Source of the DNA: Paraspadella gotoi
Lineage: Eukaryota > Animalia > Chaetognatha
DNA length: 64,000 bases
NCBI GenBank assembly: GCA_051294375.1
Contig: CM119263.1
Coordinates: 24,529,649 to 24,593,648 of the forward strand
Reading direction: 5' to 3'
Under the pieces are notes generated by a model. The model was not told where the DNA came from, ran no database searches, and was given only the letters and a program-made list of their open reading frames with translations. The position numbers were made by a program, and so were the translations under genes. Below are positions 52,631 to 64,000 of this stretch, piece by piece (within the stretch, counting starts at the first letter, position 1; each line of letters starts with the position of its first letter).

Positions 52631-55130
52631 GGTTTGGAGGGAGAGAGAGAGAAGAAGGGAGGAGGAAGGGGGGGGTTCGTAGAATGATCCCGATGCGGTG
52701 GAAGTCGCTCATTGGATTCTCCTCGCGGTGTGCNNNNNNNNNNNNNNNNNNNNNNNNNGGGTGGAGGTAAAGAGTTAAGGAGGAAGGAAATGAAAGGTGG
52801 AGGAGGGAGTGGTGATTGAAGGGTGGTAAGAAGGTGGGGTGGCAAAAAAGAGGGGGCGAAAGTGAGAATCAGTCTGTGTGTAGAGTTGATCATCAGAAAT
52901 AGTCAAACCCTTTTTATGTTTTTTTTTTACTCTCGTTTAACCGTCGTAATTAATTTATTCGTACCAAATAAATAATAGTATCGCTCTTGTGTTTACATCG
53001 GTTTTAGCGCGGAGAGGGAGATATAATTCTTTTTTAAATGAAAACAGTCATTACCGACGCTTGGCGCGTGGAATAGTCGTCGTCGTCGTCGTCGTCATAG
53101 ATGAAGATCCCATCTCTTTCGCTTTATGAACTTGTGGGCCACCATGGGCATGGGTGGGCAATTGGCTTGGGTGGTGAGCGTCGAGGGAATGGGGCTAAGA
53201 GTCTCATTGAGCCGGTTAGCAACACCCAAGACTCGCAATATGCAAATCGAAGTAAAATCCTCGTTTTGAAAAAAATGACGGGGACAGAAGGCGCGATCGT
53301 TCCGACGTTTTGGTAAGTTGACCCCCCAGAAAGAGAGGAGAGAGAGAGGAGAGAGACGAGAGAGAGAGAGAGAGAAGAAGAGAAGAGAGAGAGAGAGAGA
53401 GAGGAAAGACGGGTTTATGAGGACATTCGATGGAGAAGTTTATCGTAAAAATGATACGATGTTTGTTTGGACTCAGGATTTTTATGTCGTTTACGCTCGA
53501 AGTCAGAGTGCTGAGATAGTTTCGTTTGGTAGGTTGGTAAAGAATAAAAATATTNNNNNNNNNNNNNNNNNNNNNNNNNNNNNNNNNNNNNNNNNNNNNN
53601 NNNNNNNNNNNNNNNNNNNNNNNNNNNNNNNNNNNNNNNNNNNNNNNNNNNNNNNNNNNNNNNNNNNNNNNNNNNNNNNNNNNNNNNNNNNNNNNNNNNN
53701 NNNNNNNNNNNNNNNNNNNNNNNNNNNNNNNNNNNNNNNNNNNNNNNNNNNNNNNNNNNNNNNNNNNNNNNNNNNNNNNNNNNNNNNNNNNNNNNNNNNN
53801 NNNNNNNNNNNNNNNNNNNNNNNNNNNNNNNNNNNNNNNNNNNNNNNNNNNNNNNNNNNTTCAACTTCACTATGCCACGAGTCAATCTCAACATCGATAA
53901 GAAATCACTGGGTTTTCTATTTCTCTACCTTTCGTTTCTTAGACTACAATGTACACATTAACTCTCGCGGCGTTTTGGAACAACAAATATAAAACAATAA
54001 TAAATTGGTTTGTTTCAAAACCATTCTATAAGTCTAACATCGAAAAAGAGAGTTCGAATCTGTATTGTTTAAAGTCCTTTTGAAAATAACAATTAAAAAA
54101 AAAAAATTAGGAAAAATCAAAAAAAATTTTCTAGATCCGTTGTTGACTTGGGAAAATAAGAGTCAAGTTTTGAAATTCGTCTTGAAAGACGGAAGACGAT
54201 TTGGAGGAGACAGGATGGGTTGGGTGGTGAAGGGGTGCTTCAATGCGATGGTAACGACCAATTTTTGTATCGATGCGGTGACGGATGAAAGTGTCAGGAG
54301 TGGAGAGAATGAAGGATAAGGAAAGATGCGAATATTTGCAATGATGGTAACCTCGGTATAGAAGAGTGGTGCGTAGAGAGAATGGTGGAAGATGGAATCG
54401 AAGAGGCGGCGTCTCGCAGGGAAGCCGCATCTTGATGGAGTCACGTCTATTTAAATTTGAATTAGAATACCGAATACCGACGAACACGGCCGGTTGGCCG
54501 AGGAGGAGGAGAGGAGGAGGAGGAGAGAGGAGGGAGAGGAGGGGAGGAACGAAACTAAAAAGGAGGCAGGATATAAAGTAAGAGAGAACAGGAAACTACA
54601 AATTGCGGGAAGGGACAAAAACAAGGATAAATAGTAATAGTAATTGAAAAAAATGTACGAAATATCTGACAAAAGAATATACGAGGAAGAGAATTATTAA
54701 AAAAGCAAAGCAGAACCGGAATTAAAAGACAACAAAACAAAAAACAAAGGACGACGTAAACAATGGGGAGATGGAATGAAATGGTAATTGGTCGCTAACA
54801 AGTCTCGACAGACGAGAAAAATGGAAAGAGTGGAGCGGTGAGGCTATAATAGACGGGAATGGAAGGGAATAGGAGCGTAGAATCGAAAAAAGAGAGGAGC
54901 AAAGGAGAAAGAGAGAAAAAAAAGAATGAAGTTGACAAAGAAGTTTTAAAACGAGAGACGAGAGTAAAACTGAAATGGGCGTCGCCCCGGAACAAATGGA
55001 GCCGACGTCGTTTCACGCAACCGCTTTTTTTATTTTTACGTCTCTCTCTCTCTCTCTCCTTTCATCTCTCTCTCTCTCTCCTCTCTCTCTTCTCCTCTCT
55101 CTCTCTCCTCTCTCTCTCTCTCTTCTCTCT

Positions 55131-55186
<56 letters not shown>

Positions 55187-55619
55187 AAGGCGAATTTGAC
55201 TGTGCATGGCCCGAATTTGATTCTTCGTTTGTTGTTGCAAAAATGCCGAATAACACGTTTTTAAAAATTAATTTGTGTAGCATAAAAACTTGCGGAAGAT
55301 AGCTCGATTACATCAAGGGACTTACAATAGGATTTTAAGATCATTTTTTTCCTAATCGTAAGATATTTCTTCTAAAAAAGGGAGCAACCACATTGTCATC
55401 ATCGTCGTCATCATCGTCATTGTCATCGTCGGCGTCGGGACTCATCTCTCGCTTGGTTTAAGGTAGAATGAAAGTCTATAATTTTTATGATAATCGACGC
55501 AACGTGGCGTTAAATCGCTTCTTCTCTCTCTGTCTATCGATCTCTCTCTTTCTCTCTCCCTTTGGCTCTTTATCTCTCCTCTTCTGTTTCGCGCTCGCCC
55601 ACTCACCGTCTGTCCTTCC

Positions 55620-55625
55620 TTTCAT

Positions 55626-55685
<60 letters not shown>

Positions 55686-55689
55686 TCAT

Positions 55690-55725
<36 letters not shown>

Positions 55726-55729
55726 TCGT

Positions 55730-55785
<56 letters not shown>

Positions 55786-55800
55786 TCCTTCTTTCGTTCT
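55620..55800. repeat. (TTTC)n microsatellite
   Basis: Directly visible. A second compound (TTTC)n/(TGTC)n tract lies at ~56470-56630. Confidence 0.95.
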
Positions 55801-56526
55801 TTCCTCCATTTTATTTTTTCTAACAAGATTTCCTCAACTCTCAGTTACTCCCCAGCTACCGCCTCCGCCACCGCCCGCGTCCCTACAGCCGCCGCCGCCG
55901 CCGCCGCCTCTGAGATCACGCGGCGCGTGACGATTCAATTAAACGGGAGACGAATTTTCGAGCAAAAAGAGGAAAATCGAAATGAGGTTCGTCGTGGCGA
56001 AACGGGAGCGGGGAACAACCCTCAGGGGCTGAGGAACATAAGGGCAGGGGCGGGCGACAAACCCTTAGGGGCTGTAGAACGTAAGGGTTGGGGCCAGGCG
56101 GGCAAAAACCTTAGCAACTCCCGACCGCATGGGTAAGGGTGCCGCCCCCAATTTTGTATAATCATTATCGTTGATGCCATTTATGTCTCTTGAGGTCTCC
56201 TCAAATTTAATCAAAGCTTATATTTATATTTATTAAGAAATACTGCATTACATTTATTTTATAGTAATTTTTTTTGTAATTTAATTTTAAAAAAAGAAAT
56301 GAATCGGTGGAGGAGGGGTCAACGTTGAAAGGCTTCGGTCTTTATCCCAAGAATCGATTGAAAAATTCGCGTCATTTCACGACGAAGAAAGTCGCCTTGC
56401 GAGAGGTGAGGCTCACGCAGCTGAGGAATTTATTAATAGCTGTAGATTAAAGGAGCTTTCTTTAATTGTTTCTTTCTTTCTTTCTTTTTTTTCTACTGTT
56501 ATTTCTTATTTCGTTCGTTCTTTCGT

Positions 56527-56617
<91 letters not shown>

Positions 56618-56689
56618 TTCTTTCTTTCTCAATATATCTTTCCCGACTCTCTCTGTCTTCAATTTTTTCTTCTTCTCTCTCTCCTTCAG

Positions 56690-59600
56690 GTGACCCTCGG
56701 CACTGGCTGGCTCCACTTCGATCGAGAACCGGAAGTTGATCCATTCAATAGCGTCTCCTGGTTGGAAGCGGAGAGCGAGCGCTTGGCGTCGTTGCGCCCT
56801 CACGGCGCCTTTCCTCCTCCAGATGTCGGTCTCCCACTGTTCACCGATAGGCGGCGCAATACCGAATTTTTCATGCGGCGCCTTTTACGCCCAACGCCGG
56901 ATGGGATAACGTGGATCGATACTCCGAAAGTCGAGGCGGACGAGCGACTCGACGCTCTCCTTTCCGGCGTCTGCAACAATCGGGAGATCGCATCTAATAA
57001 CAGCGTCGGCGCCACGACCGCTTTCCTCGACGCTCATCGTCAAAACGCGACTTCGAAGAAATCCGTAGCTCAGAAGGCGTCGCCGCAAAAAAAGCTCAAC
57101 AACGTGTCGGCCAAGTCGGCGTCGTCCGAACAATCCTCGACGACCCACCTTCCTAAAAACGACCTTAAAGGAAAGATGACCAAGTCGAAATCTAATCAGC
57201 GCAACGCGTCGGTTCGTTGTTGTTGTGGGCTTTTTGTTGTTGTTGTTGGAAAGGGTTGATTTAGTTGCTGAGAAGTACGAAGTTTCTTAAGCAAGATATG
57301 GATATTATATAACTTGCTTTTACGCTATGGACTCAACTCAAATAAAAGAGAAATGATATAGAAGACTCGATTTCTCCCAAACGGAAAGTTAACTGTTAAG
57401 TTATGCTTGACCTTTTGTTTTTCTTTGGTTTTCTTCTTTTTTTTTTTTGTTTGTCTTATACTTTTTTAAAGTTTTACCAACGAAGTGATGAGTCGATAGC
57501 ACAGACGCGGTACGGATCAACGAATCAACCGATCGACCGACCGGCCGCCCCACTGACCGAAGGAACCGCTGATCGAATATCTAACCGACCGTCGTACCCA
57601 CAAAAAGGCCGAACAGTCATCTTGCCGGTAAATAAAATATAAAAAGCCTCATCACGTCGTCACGGGGAGTCAATCAGTCAGTAAGAGTCAGTGGAATAAA
57701 TGAAATAAATTTGAGTTTAAAGGTCAAACGATGACAGGGCCGAGAAAGTAAACCCTCCGAATTAACAACGTACAATATAAAACAATATTTTTACAATTTG
57801 AATAAAATTCAATAGAATACAATAACAATAAACGATTCCTCTATATTCTTTACAACAGAGCAACGCAATTCCTCGCAGCACATCCACTATATCGCTGGAG
57901 ATTAAAACGAGCAACGGTCGGCATCCGAAAATCAGGCATTTCAAGGACAACAAAGCTGCCGAACCCAGCCAATCTCAAGTTTCTATCGAGGATTCCGGTA
58001 AGCTTCAGTTTGGGTTTTAATTCGTCATTGTTATTTTTATAATTTATTTAAATGGATATATATTTTTTTTTTTGGAAAAAGTATGTAGTCCGTAATTACC
58101 GACGTATTCCATGGCTGGTTTGTTTAATCCGGACTCCTGGTAGTATTCCTTGGGCATGATACCCCATGTTCCAAATCCACTGATACGAAAGAAAAATGAA
58201 TTGTACGTAAACTATACGCCAATAAGAAAAATTCATAATATCATTTAAAAGAAAAATCAATGTCGTTTTTAAAAAGTTCAAAACATTGCTTAAAAACGCT
58301 TTAAAACATTCTCAAAAAGCTCTCCAAATCAGTAACCAAAAACTCGGCATCGCTAAAAAAATTATTCTTTATGGAGCAAAAAACCTTGTCCATAAGCAGC
58401 TCTAATTTTTTACCATTAAAAAAGTTGAATGCTGCTAACAACTTTGGTTTCTGCTCGCAAATATTTCTAGTTATAAATTACTACAACAAAAAAATCAGGG
58501 ACTTAAAAACTTAATCAAAAAAAATTTCTTTCACTCGATTTTTAACAAATGCGATTTGCTGACAATTTGGCGATTTTGACATCTTTTTGAGAAAATAGAT
58601 TTAAAGTTTATACTTAAAAACGTCAAGCAGCTATTTATCATTTTAAAAAATCTGAATGAGTCTATCTCAACTCAGTAAAGTATGGCAGTGATTTTTTTCG
58701 TATCATCGGATTTGGCTAATGGGGTAATACTTTGATCCATTTTGTTTTTAGCCTGGGAACTGTAAAAGAGAGGGGTCAGTTTAGAGGCCGCTTAAGGGAT
58801 AACCCTTATAAAATCTTCATTTTGTTCGTTGATTTATTTATTCCTGATTAATCACTGCCTAATCAGAGAACGCACTATCTTCGACGATGCATTCCATCAT
58901 TAAATCACAACCGGGATCTGCCGATGGGTCCCGCGTTCGATTCGATCCAGAAGTCAGAAAATACATGCTGAGTTCGATCTCCAGCGGGAACCTCAACCAC
59001 CACCCTCAGTGGGTCTATCGTTGATCTTTGTCCATTCTCTAAATAAAAAATAAGGCATTTCTTTTTCAAAGATGATCCGCTCGATGACGATACAACGAAA
59101 GTAAAATCCGACCAAGATTTTTTTTTTTGGTGCAAAGCTCGAGTTCGATTACGCAAATTAATTTTCGAAATAAAAATACCAATGAAATCTTATCTTATAC
59201 TTTCGCCGCGTACTATTTTCGTTCGCGCTCGCTTTTTAAGGGTTAGATTAGCCAGCGTCGAAACTACTAGATCTCAAAAAAGATTTTATAAGGGATTTTA
59301 CCTCGTCGGTCGGATGCCTCATCGGTCCTCATCAAATCCCACGACGTTGACCCCTCGTCTGCGCAATTACTGCGAGCACCCGACCGGCGACACAGTCGAC
59401 GGCTACTTGCCGCCCACATGCAGCGGGAGGGATTCCGCGGAGCAGTACGAGAATGCGGGCTGCCACAAGGAGGGTCGCACGTCTCCCCATCTGCTCTTCG
59501 CCGTGGACTCCAAAACTTCTGTCTCCTCGGGACCGAGAAGATCAATCCTAAAGAACGCTGAGGACAAGCAGCCCGTCAACCTCTCATCGAGACCCTTCGT

Positions 59601-61054
59601 TATCACCCCGAACAGAGTGATGATGTTTTATTTGGGTTTCTAGCTTCCTCGGAATGAGTTGAAGGGTCATGATTAACTTTATGGGTAGAGGTGACTAATA
59701 AACAAAATTAATCCCGGCTCTAGAGTATTGATTGAGGTACTTGCGTTGCTCTCGGGTATGTATAATTTCTGATTGTATGGCATGAGGGAAAGAAAAGAGT
59801 TGTAAGGAGCAAAACGTGAACTAAGATCGAGCGTAAAAAAATGTATGAAATTGGTATTATTACTATAAAGCTTCTTGCCCTCGTTTGTCGTACTATTTCT
59901 GTCAAACCAGTTTTTTTAGTAGTCGTAACTCATCGAATTCCAGTCGGACGCTTGCTTCTCTCGCAAAGACGACGAGTGCTCTCGACCCGCGACCAAGAAT
60001 TTTCGAGAAACCGGGAAACAGAAACGACTCGATCTTCACTTTTATGCCGGAGACGTTGCTGGTCACCCCTATCAACCTTATCGAGACAGGTCGGCGAGGA
60101 AAATGGTCATTAACTTACTTTTAGAAGTTTTAGATTTTATAATAATAATTAAAATTATTTATTATGTAAGCTTAAGTTTGAAATTTTTTTGGTTTTTCTG
60201 TTTTGAGATTAAAAACCCAAGAAAAAGCGGATTCGTTCAACATACAAAAATTCGCGCTTCTACCGAAGAGGAAAGTCTGCAATTCCCGACATTTCTCAAA
60301 AGAAAAGTCTTCGTTAACTGAAGTGAGGGAATAAAAGAAGTAAAGAAAGAAAAGAAAAGAAAATAAGTAAAGAAAAATGGAAAAGAAAAGAAAAGAAAAG
60401 AAACATTTCGTCCGCTTTCAGGTGACCATGAAAGCTCACATCGTTCCGCCATGGAAGCGTCAATTCGGAAAGGTTTATTACGAAGGTCATACCCCGCCAC
60501 TTGCTCCTGTACCAGAGGTAAAGATCGCCAATAATTTTACTTCTCCCAAGTGAATCTAAATCTCGATTTAACGATGAAAAACTTAAGATTTAAAAGATTT
60601 ATCCTAAAATAGTATTGGAAGTTGCTTTAAGCTTATAATAGAATTAATAAAACTGTGACTGTGTGAGATTCGTGGAATATGCGATTTTAGGCGCTATTTT
60701 TCTATCATTGACCTCATTTCGTCTTATGCAACCCGCTTCGAACCTTCCCTCCAGCCGCCCGTCGATCCCGTCGAGGAGCTGCTCAAAGAGCTCATCCGCC
60801 GCGGCGACCACGCCGACTTTAGACCCCCACAGTTGACCAAGTTGTTCGGGGACGCCGACGGCCCCAACCTGTGGTCGAGATCTCGGGGGACGAAGATGCT
60901 CTACGCGCTGAAGATGCTGCATCTCGAGGAGACGGACGGGAAGTTTTGGGTGGAGAAGATTGACGAGGACGATGGTGAATGGGGGGAGAAGGGGGAGGAG
61001 GGGGGGAAGAAGTGGAGGGGAGAGGAAGGTGGAAGAAGGTTGAGGGACAAGTGA
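56690..61054 (+). CDS. Uncharacterised multi-exon protein-coding gene (5' incomplete). Proposed exons 56690-57211, 57859-57997, 58867-59012, 59293-59616, 59944-60105, 60422-60517, 60755-61054.
   Basis: Seven GC-rich blocks between AT-rich introns chain through GT-AG sites into one open frame (VTLGTGWLHFDREPE...SRVRFDPEV...RRSILK...VPPWKRQFGKVYYEG...PVDPVEELLKELIRRGDH...RLRDK*). The best sites are cttcag|GTG, CCG|gtaagc, tttcag|GTG, GAG|gtaaag and cctccag|CCG. Boundaries at 59012/59293/59616/59944/60105 are less certain. No family recognised. Confidence 0.72.
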
Positions 61055-61958
61055 AGGATGGGAAAGGAAGGGAGAGGGTCTTCGTGAAGAAAAGAGTCGA
61101 GGAGAAATGTGTTGGAAATTTTTTTTTTTTTTAGTAAAAAGTCTCACAGTTTGTATAAATGAAATAGTTTTGGGGGTGTTAAGTTTAAATTAGATGAAGT
61201 AGGGGAATTATGCCAAATACGGGGGTGGGACCCTATATCGAGACAAAACTTAACGTCCTGCCCTGTCTGAACGATTTGAGATACAATTATAAAATTAGTG
61301 GAAAACGTTTTTCTGGCTTTTTACTTTCATATACAATGAATGTTTGGTACCATAATGATATTGATAATATTTACTCCTGATTTTCATTGGTATACTTAAT
61401 ACTTATCCAATTGACAGTGTCCGCGATTGTTGAATTTTATTGAATTATCGTTTTATTTTTAGTGCTATTAGTGATATTAGATTTGCTCAATGCTTTTTTA
61501 TCGTTTTAACTGACAAATTGTTTCTTTTCTTTTCTTTCAGAAAAAAAATATACAATGTCGTTTATATGCGCACGAATTATATTGTGTACGATAAAAGTCA
61601 TACTTATTAATATTTTTCTGTGGTCGTTCCTGAACATGACAGTGTTATGTCTTATCTTCAATTGACCTGATTTTAAGCTATTCATCCAAATTAAACCTAT
61701 TTAATTTTTTTCAGGGGAGTAAAAGAAAATTTTATGAAGATTACAACAAATATGCTTCAATCGTCTAATACTTTATGTATTTCTTACCGTTTTGACCATT
61801 AACTGAATTATCTGATAATATTGTTAATAATTATTTTGATAAAAGTAAGTTTTAATAAAAATTAAACCATAACAAATAAAAGTTACTTACCCGAGCCATA
61901 CCTGCTTTCTTCAAATTTGTTTCAACCAAAATGCAATGTACATTTTGCAGAAGCATTA

Positions 61959-62064
61959 TTATGAAATTGGTACAACCAATATAAAAATCATCCATTCATT
62001 TAATAAATAAGCAATCTTGCCCCTGACTTTGGACAGGCTTTGGTGGTTTAAGGCCTCCATCACT
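61959..62064 (+). repeat. Dispersed repeat family A, short copy
   Basis: ttatgaaattggtacaaccaat...aggcctccatcact matches 1579-1684 with few mismatches. Confidence 0.9.
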
Positions 62065-62626
62065 ATACTACAAATAAGTACTTCAAAAAAATATTGTTAA
62101 TTGTTCTGACTTAGAATGAGATTTAAACAATAAGTATTGAAACATTTTTCTTCAAAACCACGCGGAGAAAACCGAGTAGTTTCCTCTGCTGCATCAAAAA
62201 AGCATTATTTCAAAGAATTTTAAAAAGATTAATATATCGTCTAAAAGCTCAGAGAGACTATTATACAAATATTTATTCCAATTTTAAAAATCATTAAGAG
62301 ATTTAGGGTAAAGATTTTTTAAACTTTTGTCTCGATATATGGTCCCACCCCTGTATGTTCCGAACGGAAATCTGGAAAAAGTCTTCTTGTGAAAACGACA
62401 GCAATGACTATAGTTCAACTTTGAATTGGGCAGAGATGAAACGCGGGATTCGAGGCGCCGCTCTGAAGAATCTCGGCGGCGGCGACAGCGAAGACGAACG
62501 CCCTCTACCTCGTCCGACGCCGACGACGCCGGCTGCGGAGAATAATGGTTCGAATGATGCAATGAGATTTAAGGATCTAAATTAATACGGGGGCACTGGA
62601 TCAGAGAGAGAGAGAGAGAGAAGAAA

Positions 62627-62678
<52 letters not shown>

Positions 62679-64000
62679 TTACAAAAATGATTCGAACTCG
62701 TTACAGATGTATCGTCACCGGGATGGAATGCCTCACGTCGATCGAGCCCGATGGAAAAAGGAAATAAAAGGTTCTGAAGCGAAGCGTTATTGATAAATGT
62801 TAAAAGCCATAAATAAATATTTTTAAACGGTTTAGTCTGACGTCTTCACCGGCGACAGCGGACCATAATGTAAACAACGTCAATAAAGGCGCAGAGAAGC
62901 GAAGCCTCATTAGGAAGAAACGAAAGAACGTTCTTAAACCAAAGAAAAATATGGTAAGAATAATTCAATCAATAAAATTACTAAAATAACCAGTTTTCTT
63001 CTAACTGAACTTAGTCAAGTTTTTTTTTTTCGTCCAGGTTAATCCAGTTTAGTGAACAGATTCGAATCTCATCGGATTCACGGATTCACGGATTCAGGAA
63101 GAAAGAAACGTGAACAATTAGTATCTCTTTTACGACTATTTCTAATGTACAATGTGTAAATGTTAAGTCGATATTAAAAATTATTTTCCTAATCGTAAAG
63201 GATTTTACACAAACATCCACAACCGGCCCTTTTTTTTCCTAAACCGTAAACTATTTATTTTATTTTCAGGTTTTATCACTTGGTGAAAGTTATTTTCCTG
63301 GGGTAAATAACGCGCTGTCATTAACACAGAATTTACGACGCAATTTGTTATTTTTTCTCTCTCTCTCCCTTAGATCTCTCTCTCTCTCTCCTCTCTCTTC
63401 TCCTTCAGTCTTCTCTCTTCTCTCTCTCTACTCTCTCTCTCCTCTCTCTCTCCTCTCTCCTCCTCTTCTCAAGAGGCTCCCCCTCAATCCTTTATTTCTT
63501 CACTGTGTATCGCCCCGTACAGAAGCGTTCGGCACCCGACGAAACCTCCCGTGGGAGGCTGCCCCCTTTCCTCTTAGATCTCCGGGATTGAAGTTGGGTC
63601 GTTTGCCCCATTTTCGGCCCGCCCTCCTCCCTTCCCGGCCGCGCGGTGCTCGATCTCGAAGCTTTCGTTGAAAGCGAGGATGAAGATCAGCGCTCGCGGG
63701 ACTTTTTTTTTTTTATGATCTCGGTCGTTGTTGTTGTCGTCGTTGTCGAAAGTCCCGGTGAATACGGACACGGAAAATTTACAAACAACCAAATGAAGAA
63801 ATAATCTCAATTATTATAGTTTCTTATGTTGAGATCGAGATTTCTTAATCGGTTAATGCTAATTAGTTATCAGATTACAGAACGGTTATTAAGTCATAAG
63901 AGTCATCGCATCGCATAGAAACCGGAAATGAAATATGCCAAATTTACTTTCTGGTCGTGTCATTTTTTCAGCGTATCTCATAAAGAGGTATAAATGAGAA

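Noticed and set aside
62284-62585. 76-92 aa ORFs downstream of the + strand gene
   Set aside because: Short and featureless, with no supporting splice chain.

Overview
Animal (eukaryotic) genomic DNA from a gappy draft assembly: 19 N-runs and very dense (AG)n, (GAC)n, (GCC)n, (GAAT)n and (TTTC)n microsatellites. Most entries in the ORF track are translated simple repeats or gaps. Two spliced genes are supportable. (1) A receptor (membrane) guanylate cyclase on the minus strand (~12538-17944, at least 6 exons) with an ANF-receptor-type ectodomain, TM helix, kinase-homology domain, coiled coil, cyclase domain and acidic tail. Its cyclase domain has Lys in place of the first metal-binding Asp and Thr in place of the guanine-specifying Cys, but keeps the catalytic Asn/Arg. 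This suggests a pseudo-cyclase or a 'beta-like' obligate heterodimer partner, and it is the most interesting biology I can see. (2) An unrecognised multi-exon gene on the plus strand (~56690-61054) carrying SILK/RVxF-type PP1-docking motifs. Also present: a tRNA-derived SINE-like element, a dispersed repeat family (5 copies sharing one end), two minisatellites, a perfect 40-bp intronic palindrome, and clear long-read gap-filling artefacts (25-N gaps, a probably false 1.16-kb tandem duplication, frameshifts). I see no prokaryote-type system (CRISPR, operons etc.).
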